Assembly (NCBI GenBank): GCA_964016885.1
Contig: OZ024750.1
Location: 12,834,001-12,898,000 of the forward strand
Direction of reading: 5' to 3'
Length of the DNA stretch: 64,000 nucleotides
From: Eledone cirrhosa
Lineage: Eukaryota
Shown: piece by piece, positions 55,326-64,000 of the stretch
Layout: each line of letters opens with the position of its first letter
Numbering within the stretch: position 1 is the stretch's first letter
Program-made: the position numbers and the translations under genes
The notes under the pieces: generated by a model
The model's input: only the letters and a program-made list of their open reading frames with translations
Database searches by the model: none
What the model was told of the DNA's origin: nothing

Positions 55326-55640
55326 ATAATTTGTCATAGTTGTCTTTTTCTTTAACTTCTTGTTTGATAAAAATTTCACATTTTTGGCTCGGTTCACTCA
55401 CACCTAATGCATTTTCAGCACGAACACGGAATTTATATTTCCTATTTCTTTCAAAATAATTTATTGTTGCTTGAGAAGCATTCGTTGATGTGGCATGCCT
55501 CCATATTCCTGTTGTTGGGTCACATTTCTCTACAATGAAACCATTAGCTGAAGATTCTGTTGATGATTCTGGCCAACTAATCACAATGGAGTGGTTTGTT
55601 ACATTTGTAACTGTAGGTTTTCCAGGAGGATTTGGTTTTC
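55326..55640 (-). CDS. Giant kinase exon (pre-kinase Fn3 plus start of N-terminal linker)
   Basis: Phase 1-1. Encodes KPNPPGKPTVTNVTNHSIVISW...YKFRVRAENALGVSEPS...DNYDKL. Confidence 0.95.
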
Positions 55641-55946
55641 CTATATAAAGAGAATATTTAATATAGTATATAGTTTATTTTCTTCAACATTGAATATCTG
55701 TAGTACACAGAATTACAAGAAATTAGTATACTAATATATATATAGTCCTTTACACTAAGTGGCTTCATGTTTTGTTTAGGACTTTAAAAAAATGATATGA
55801 GACAATCAATTTGAAATAGAGATGAGCAACTGATGGAATGTAACTATATTTTCTATTGCTGTTAGTAGACATGTGTTTCTTTCTCTCAAATGTCTGCTTA
55901 TAATAATTCTTTATAACAAGAAATATGATGATGGAATTAAACTTAC

Positions 55947-56234
55947 CAATAACTGTAACAGCAATATCTATGGAATCATTGCCATGGACATTATTCACAT
56001 GTAAATGGTAAACACCAGCATCTGCTTTTGAAACTTTTTCAACTATGAGAGTTGTATATTTTTCTGAATTTTTAATATGGGTATGGCGATTATTCTTGAT
56101 AGGTTTTCCATCTTTAGACCAAAGAATAACAGGTTGAGGTTTACCAGTGAATTGAATGTTCATTTTCATTGTTGAGCCTTGGAAATAGCTTAGTCCTTTC
56201 TTGTAATAATCAAACATTTTGATTTTGGCAGGAG
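55947..56234 (-). CDS. Giant kinase exon (Ig)
   Basis: Phase 1-1. Encodes PAKIK...FTGKPQPVILWSKDGKPI...LIVEKVSKADAGVYHLHVNNVHG. Confidence 0.95.
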
Positions 56235-56900
56235 CTATAAAACAGAATTGATATATGTAAGTATGCATAAATACACACATATATATATATACACACACAT
56301 TATATATATATATATACACACACATATATATACATATACATATGTACATATGGGTTATATCAAACATTAATAATTGTTTCTACTTTTGGCACAAGGCCAG
56401 CAATTATCCCAGTGTATTACTGGTACTTTATTTTATCAACCCCGTAAGGATGAAAGGCAAAGTTAACCTCAGCGGGATTTGAACTCAGACCATAAAGGGA
56501 CGTAACTCTTTGCTGCAAAACATGGCGTCAGACCCTCTACTGATACTGCCAATCCACTGCCATTATCAAACATTAATAATAATATTTGATTCATTTGTAA
56601 ACAAATGGGCCAAATAAAGCTGTGCTGTGCCAATGACAAATCGTCATCCATTTGTTTAACACTGAATTGATATATTTTAATATTAAACTTAATTTACCAA
56701 CCCAAACCGAAACTGTAGAGTTGTGAGGTAAACTCCTTAACCACATTGATATTCATCAGTAAATCATTACAAAAGAAAATGTATAAATAAATTTTATTTA
56801 AAATAAAAACAATTCTATACTACTTGGATCTTTGTAACTCCTTTAATTTAGTGAGTATGAATAAAAGGCAAAGACAGAAACATTAATAAACTTGTCTTAC

Positions 56901-57073
56901 CATAAACCCATAATTTTCCCTTGTTGGAAGCAGATCCCATTTTATTCTTGGCTTGGCACTCAATTTCTCCAGCATCACCGAAATCAACGTTGTTTATTGT
57001 AAGTAATTGTTCATTTCCAACAGAGTCTATCTTGTGCTTTCGTCCATTGAAAATTTGGCAACAATTCTTGTAC
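56901..57073 (-). CDS. Giant kinase exon (Ig, C-terminal half)
   Basis: Phase 2-1. Encodes YKNCCQIFNGRKHKIDSVGNEQLLTINNVDFGDAGEIECQAKNKMGSASNKGKLWVY. Confidence 0.92.
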
Positions 57074-57159
57074 CTTTATAGAAGAAACAGTAAACTTATT
57101 TAGAGTTGAAATCCAACCAAGGATATATTAATGATATTTCTATCCTTATTCATACTTAT

Positions 57160-57490
57160 ATATGGATGGAAGACGTTTAGAGAGTTACTACCCCTGCTGA
57201 CAACAAAAGGTTTCTCTTTACAAATGAAAGGTTGGCTGTATGATGTCTGTGCTTAATGTGCAATGCTACATGGTAGTGAAACATGGGCAGTGACAGCAGA
57301 AGATATATGAAGGCTGAGGAGAAATGAAGAGAGCATGATTTAATGGATGTGCAATGTTAGTGTGTGTGAACTATAAATCATGGATGAGCTGAGAGAGAAA
57401 CTGAGTATAAGAAGAATAAGATGCTGTGAAAAGGAGAGAAGACTGCACTGGTATTGACATGGGATGTGCATGGTCAATGATCACTGGGTG
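57160..57490 (+). mobile_element. Decayed RTE LINE fragment
   Basis: Reads ...MLHGSETWAVTAED...RLRRNE...WMC...ERRLHWY-like. Confidence 0.8.
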
Positions 57491-57561
57491 AAATCCCAAC
57501 ATTAGATTTAAAAGGCTACCTTTGTCATAAATTAAAATAATTTGAAGTCAAAGACCCCTAC

Positions 57562-57673
57562 CAGGTTATAGCTGGAGTGGGAGTACCAACTACCTCACAC
57601 ACAAACTCAGCCGATTCTCCCCATTCTGTATCAACATCTTGGAATTTATCCTTGAAATAAGGTGATTCTTGGA
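57562..57673 (-). CDS. Giant kinase exon (Ig, N-terminal half)
   Basis: tttcag|TC to TG|gtaggg, phase 1-2. Encodes QESPYFKDKFQDVDTEWGESAEFVCEVVGTPTPAITW. Confidence 0.92.
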
Positions 57674-57795
57674 CTGAAATATATGGGGAATGTTATGACA
57701 ATATTAAAAACATTTTAAAAACTAGACATGTACACATACAAAGATAGTTTCGATAATATTAAATCTCAAAGATAAATTAACACAGAACCACTTAC

Positions 57796-58101
57796 CCTCT
57801 TTTAACCGAAAAATTATCAAAGGTGTTGTTGGGGAAGGGCAACTTAATCCTACTGAATTAAGAACCCTTATTCGAAAATGATAGTTTGAGTTTTCTGGCA
57901 ATTTCTCAACAATATATTTGGTATCTGCCACTGGAACATCATTTACTATTTTCCAGCTGTTGCCCCCATTTTCAGTTTTCTCTATTTGATAACCAATAAT
58001 TGGAAATCCACCATCATCCTGAGGAATGGCCCATGACAACTCAATTGAGTTATCTCCAAACTTAATTACTTCAGGACATTTTGAAGGAGCACGAGGAACT
58101 C
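57796..58101 (-). CDS. Giant kinase exon (Fn3)
   Basis: Phase 1-1. VPRAPSKCPEV...IELSWAIPQDDGGFPIIGYQIEK...YHFRIRVLNSVGLSCPS contains the titin-type Fn3 motif W.P..DGG.PI.GY.IE. Confidence 0.95.
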
Positions 58102-58624
58102 CTACAGAGTAAAAGAACATTATTAATTAATATAACTGTATTAATTAATACAAAATGAAAGTTCCTGTATGTAACAGAAATATGATTATATACACACACA
58201 GACTCACAGACACACACACACATATATACATATATATGTGTGTGTGTGTTGTGTATGTTATGTATATATATGTGTGTGTGTGTGTGTGTAAACTGAAAAA
58301 GAAATGCTTGGATTAAATTAAGATAACATGATAAATTGCTTCCAGGAAATATAGGATTATGATATATGCAGTTTTGTTTGTTTAAGAAAATCAATTATTC
58401 TATTTAAAATGTGTTTTGATTAAATAAAAGTGCAAACAACATTTGACACATCAAATTTCACATAGTAAACAATTATATTTTAAAATATTATTTTTTAAAA
58501 TGACACAATTTACAAAATTTTGTGCAGGATAGTATTTTATTGATTAGTCATGTTTAGTATAAATTAACATGCTTTACATTAGGATTAGTTGAAAATTGAG
58601 CAAATGTAATCCATAATAAGGTAC

Positions 58625-58860
58625 ATATAATTACAGACAAATCAAATCCACACAACACATGCCAGGGCAGCCCATCATCTCCATCGATGGAAAATGAAAG
58701 ACAGCCCATCATGTGACTGTGGGGACCCTGACCAGACAGTGCTGCATGTTGTTCAGGATTGCCCCTCCTCAGCCGTTGTTTCCAGTGGCCTTGAGGCAAT
58801 CCATAATACTATAAATGATGCCTTAGTCTGGTTCACCAATCCCGATCTGTCTGTCTCTCA
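58625..58860 (+). mobile_element. LINE 3' end with CCHC knuckle (Vingi/Ingi/I-group-like)
   Basis: Reads NQIHTTHARAAHHLHRWKMKDSPSCDCGDPDQTVLHVVQDCP...GLEAIH...ALVWF. Confidence 0.7.
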
Positions 58861-59160
58861 CCATTGTGCATATGTCATACGACAAAAGAGATGATACCTT
58901 AGTCTCTCTTTCTAACCATTGTGCATATGTCATACGACAAAAGAGATGATACCTTAGTCTCTCTTTCTAACCATTGTGCATATGTCATACGACAAAAGAG
59001 ATGATACCTTAGTCTCTCTTTCTAACCATTGGGCATATGTCATATGACAAGAGAGATGATACCTTAGTCTCTCTTTCTAACCATTGTGCATATGTCATAT
59101 GACAAGAGAGATGATACCTTAGTCTCTCTCTCACCATTGAACATATGTCATACGACAAGA
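58850..59160. repeat. 55-bp tandem repeat, ~5.5 copies, at a LINE 3' end
   Basis: Unit ccattgtgcatatgtcatacgacaaaagagatgataccttagtctctctttctaa. Confidence 0.92.
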
Positions 59161-61800
59161 AAAACAGGCAAATAATGACTAATACATCCAAATGATATTT
59201 GAAGTGATTAAAAATATTTGAAAGGAAAATATAATTCATGCATCATTTGAATAAAGGTATTTTCAAAGGGAAAAGTTAAATGAACCCTCAGAGTTGAAAA
59301 ATAAAAAAAAAAACATGCTAAGGATTTTTGAGAATTCAATTCATTATTTTAAAATAGGTAAAAAAATTTCAAGCATTTGAAGAACAAAATAATATTAAAA
59401 AACAGTAACTATATAACATAGTTTTGTATGTATAATCACCCACACATAAATTATTGTATAAAACAGTAATATACAAATAAATCGCTAGACCTTTCATCAC
59501 CATACATGCCACCATGTTGGTTTATTTTCCTCTACACAATAACCTTTTTTCCCTATAAGTACATTATTTTCAAATAAAATTCAATAAATTACAAAAAGGT
59601 CTTATAGTAATTTTAGTTTCATTTAAATAGTAAAGTAAATTTATGTTTCTGGCAACGAAATGTCTGGTGACAAAACAAGATTTAGTCATCCAGATAATAA
59701 ATATATGAAGCAGAAGAAATATCTTTATTTAAAGTATTTAAATAGAACTCAGTCTGTCTTTAACTAAAAGTTTAGGCACGATTATTTCTCTGGTGAGTAG
59801 ACCAAATGATCACATTATTTGGAATTTATCAATAATAGACATTCAAATGAGGTTGGTTGCAGGATAATGATGTTGTCTGCAACTGGCTAGAATTCTTTCT
59901 CTTTGGGGAAGATTTGTATCAAATTTCTTTAATGCAATTGTCTTTTAATAAAAGACAGGAAATGAGGTTATTACACCAATTACAGTTTCAAATGGTTCTG
60001 TATTTCAATGTCTAACAATTTAAAGTACATTCTGCTGAAAACTTTCAGTCACAAATAAGTAAAATCAAACCTTATACAGAGGCACACACACACGTATATG
60101 CGCACGCACGCGCGCGCACATACACACATACACACACACCTATATGAGGATAAAAATGGTAAAAATAAATACAATAGATATATAAGGATAAGATTGTAAT
60201 GAATGGAAGAATATATTTGAAGATTTTTATAAGTGACATGGAATAATTTTCATATTTACCATTTATAATTTCTTTACATTTTAAAAGGTGTTAAATACTT
60301 GAAAGACCAGACATGGAGATATCAAAATAAAATATTCAATGTTAGTTCAAGAAATTAAATAAAAATAATAATAATCTAAATATGAACTAATTTTAATAGG
60401 AACTCAGTTATCTTTAGCATCACCATAGCATGCTCATTACCAAGGCTCTGAAATTAAAAATCAAAAACAGATAATTTCGTTTATGACGACAAAGTATATA
60501 TAAGTTCTTAAAAAACAACAATATATATATATATATCGATTTTGTTAATTTATATTTAAACAATAATTATTATTAGCCTTAAACAAATATTTACATATTT
60601 AAATATAAAAATGTAATGAAATAATAAGGTTGTAATCAAATGAAATATATAACTAATCAGAAATGTAAAGACATGTTTAGAAAATCATAAATTTCTTTGG
60701 AGTATATATCTTATTCCATAGTTCTTGTAATTTATATGTAGGGCTTTGTTCAATTATTTTGTTACATAATTGTAAGTATTTAAATACAGAAAATATTAAT
60801 AACTGTAATTAATTTAATAAGATTTAAATAAAACTTGAAATCATGAGTTTTCAATAAAAATCAATACCATCAAGGATATAGATTTCAATGAACAAATAGA
60901 TCAATGAACAAGTGTCTACATGTAATAACAGAAATAGTTTAACTATTAACTAATAGAAGTTGGTGATCTACATGATAAACACACCCAGTGCACACTGTAA
61001 AGTGGTGGGTGATAGGAAGGGCATCCAGCCATAGCAATCTTGCCAAACAAAGGGTTGGGAGGACCCTTAATAGTGTCAAAGGCATGATAACCTCTTCTGA
61101 GCACTCGATGGAATATGAGACTGTACATAAGTGCATAGGTCCTTGGCTTTCCTGGGAGATCAGTGGCTCCACTTCAGCATTGACTTGGTCTGTATGGACC
61201 TGTCCAACCCTTGCTAGCAGGGAATGCAGACATTAAAACAATGATGATGATTATGAATTCTACTTTAGTATGAGTGAATAGAAACATTAAATTTCTTTTT
61301 TCTATTTATCAAGTGCTGTTAAAAATAAAAACCAACAAAAGCAAAATCTTGTTAATGATCTTCATGCCAAAAGATAATCTGTTAATTGAATTATATCAAA
61401 AGTTAATATATATTTGAAGACTAATTGCTTGTATTGTACTTCAGTTAACCCTTTAGTTACCAACCTGGCCAAAACCGGTTTTGGTTTTATGAAATAAAAC
61501 CACCAATTTTAACCCTTTATTTACCAGCCTGGCCAAAATTGGTTCTGGTTCTATGAAATAAAACCACTCATTTTAAAGGTTTCCAATTTAAATTAAAATC
61601 TTCCAACATAATTTTATATAAGAACCTTACATTAATTTACTATCTTAGTAATGAAATAATTAATAATTTAAGTAAATCCCTCAAAAGTCTTCATTAATTA
61701 AAACAGAGTGTATTTCATTAAACAATTGGGGGCATGAAAGGGTTAAGAGAAAAAGGAAACTGAGAAGTCACATTTATAAGAGGGAATAATATCTACATAC

Positions 61801-62094
61801 CTGAGTGAAAGTTAATATGTACAGGTGTGTTGAGAGTACATGGGTCACTGGTGCCATATTGATTTGATGCTGATACTCGGATTAAAAGTATATCATCATC
61901 TGATAGATTCTTTAATTGATAATGAAGAATATAAGGAGGCAATCGAGCTATCTTTTTCCAGAATTTTCTTTCTACATGTTTTATCTCTAAAAGATAACTT
62001 GTGACTGAAGCATTCTTTGGCTCTTTCCATGATATTATCATAGAATCACAGCTTTCAACATCAACAACAATATTCTCAGGAGGTGATGGAGCTC
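61801..62094 (-). CDS. Twitchin/MLCK-like giant kinase, first exon found in window (Fn3); gene continues upstream
   Basis: ttttag|GA acceptor and G|gtatgt donor, phase 1-1. Encodes APSPPENIVVDVESCDSMIISWKEPK...YLLEIK...W...IRVSASNQYGTSDP, an Fn3 consensus. Confidence 0.92.
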
Positions 62095-62748
62095 CTAAAA
62101 TAAATATATATAATATATATTATTTTTAACAATGTAAAAACAATATATATTCTTTAATACTAGGAAGTGTCTTACCTTTAATGTTACCAGAAGGTTATCA
62201 GCAGATTTCTTAAAATAATTATTTTACCTAAGAAGGATTATTATTATTATAATAGAGTAATACTATATTTGAAATTTTTTCACATGTTAATAGTATGATT
62301 GATTATTTATAAAACATATATTTGATTGATTATTTATCAGAACATATATTTGAAATAGAGTTTATTAATTTTTCCAAAGCTGAGGCACCATTCCATCACT
62401 ATTTGTAGTATTCAAATAATGTTATAGTAAGTAAAGAATCAGTATACTTTATTTAATAAATTTCGATTAAATTATAAAGTGTTTACAATAAAAAAGTTTT
62501 TTTTTAATGAAAATGAGGGAACTACCGAGTCTTACAATTCTCCCTCATTTTATTATTAGCTTTCTTTTCTTTTTTTTTTATTGTAATCATTATATAATTT
62601 AATTGAAATTTGTGAAATAAAGTATAGTTATTTTTTGGAATAGTAAATAATAATCTTCCCCTCGTTTCATTCATAATACTTGACAAAATATGAAACTCAA
62701 TCAGATGATAACACAAAATACAAAGCCATCATATTATAAATAAACAAG

Positions 62749-62940
62749 GGCGGTGGATTGGCAGTATCGGTAGAGGGTCGGACACCATGCTTTGCAGCAT
62801 GGAGTTACGGGCCTTTATGATCTGAGTTCAAATCCCGCTGAGGTTAACTTTGCCTTTCATCCTTATGAGGTCGATAAAATAAAGTACCAGTAATGCACTG
62901 GGATAATTGCTGGCCTTGTGCCAAAAGTAGAAACAATTAT
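62749..62940 (+). mobile_element. tRNA-derived SINE family A (representative copy; about 18 copies in window)
   Basis: A-box-like ttggcagtatcggtag, B-box gagttcaaatccc, then gcctttcatcctta...gtcgataaaataaagtacc. Other copies at ~945(+), 28270(+), and on minus at ~6500, 7650, 14537, 15134, 15604, 19317, 28358, 28590, 28827, 42265, 53380, 53838, 54057, 56369, 63449. Confidence 0.9.
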
Positions 62941-63087
62941 AAATAAACAATTCTTTTAGACATTAGAACAAAAGAAAAAAAATATTTATCAAAAGGTTGC
63001 CTCTTACCATCATTATATCCTTTTACAATTTACTCTTGAAATTTTTAAACAGCCATGAAGGTCATTATGTATGTGTGTGTGTGTGTA

Positions 63088-63123
<36 letters not shown>

Positions 63124-63128
<5 letters not shown>

Positions 63129-63241
63129 CTTTAATCTGTTATTTTAATAAATATTTGCTCTATGGTTTTTATATATTTGATATATATATTATCCTTATCG
63201 AGCCCTCTTCGGATTTTAGTTTTCACATTTATTATTATTAC
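63124..63241 (+). mobile_element. TA-embedded element related to 45238-45411
   Basis: Shares taaatatttgctcta...atccttatcgagccctctt.ggattttagt...atttattattattac with the 45.3-kb copy. Confidence 0.7.
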
Positions 63242-63830
63242 TATATATATATATATATATTCCAAAAATATTTATGTAATTCAATTCAAGAACTCAACGT
63301 ACATTTTCCTCACAGGGGTGACGGAGTATATTTAGAATAAGGAGATATAAAGTTTAGATGATAAAGTTCTTTATTGATATGGTCATGATATATATTTCGA
63401 GTATGACAAATGGTTATGCAATATTCTATATATATATATATATATATATAATTGTTTCTACATTTGGCACAAGGCCAGCAATTACCCAGTGCATTACTGA
63501 TACTTTATTTTATCGACCCCGTAAGGATGAAAGGCAAAGTTGAGCTCGGCAGGAATTGAACTCAGACATAATGCCCTTCGTTGCTGCTTAAAAATTTCCA
63601 GTGTAAATTGTAAAAGGATATATATATATATAACATGTTTCCTCTCAATTTTCATCAACCAAATTCAATCAAAAGGTATTGATCAGCCTGAGATTATAGT
63701 AGAAGACATTTGCCCAAGGCACTAAACAGTTAAAATGTTAGATAAAATGCCCTGTGGTGTTAGTTCTAACTTTCTATACTCTGAATTCGAAGCATGTATG
63801 TATATATATATATAATTGTATATAAGTAAG

Positions 63831-63880
<50 letters not shown>

Positions 63881-64000
63881 TGTATGTATGTTTGTGTATA
63901 ATATATATATATATGCTTCCAAACTTATTCATGTTTTATAGTTGATAAAGTAAAGGTGGTGGACTGGTAGGATATTTATCTGGCAGACTGTTCTTCTTCC

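Noticed and set aside
59640-60050. Coding-looking stretch in the intron between the two Fn3 exons
   Set aside because: Minus-strand frames close quickly, and the flanking exons already join in phase.
62176-62227. Possible small exon upstream of the first Fn3 exon (good AAG|gtaag donor); similar case at ~63008
   Set aside because: An in-frame TAA falls in the phase required by the 62094 acceptor.

Overview
AT-rich animal genomic DNA dense in microsatellites and SINEs. The repeat landscape suggests a cephalopod such as Octopus (inference, not verified). The window holds the 3' part of one large minus-strand gene of the twitchin/titin/MLCK giant-kinase family. I reconstructed about 31 GT-AG exons by hand, all phase-consistent, from 62094 down to about 9914 (~1,590 aa). 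Domain order is Fn3-Fn3-Ig-Ig-Fn3-Ser/Thr kinase-regulatory tail-6xIg. The introns carry tRNA-derived SINEs, RTE/CR1/Vingi-like and CRE-like LINE remnants, MITEs and minisatellites. Two things stand out. (1) Several small non-coding elements inserted in (TA)n tracts carry type I hammerhead-ribozyme folds, including a complete one in a 629-bp partial tandem repeat. They show circular permutation and fold-back ends, as in retrozymes or Penelope-like elements. Three sit in sense orientation in the 16.3-kb intron after the kinase. (2) The same intron shows signs of an internal start (candidate first exon, alternative acceptor, Kozak ATG) that could give a kinase-less, telokin-like Ig-only isoform. 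All analysis was by eye; repeat boundaries are approximate.
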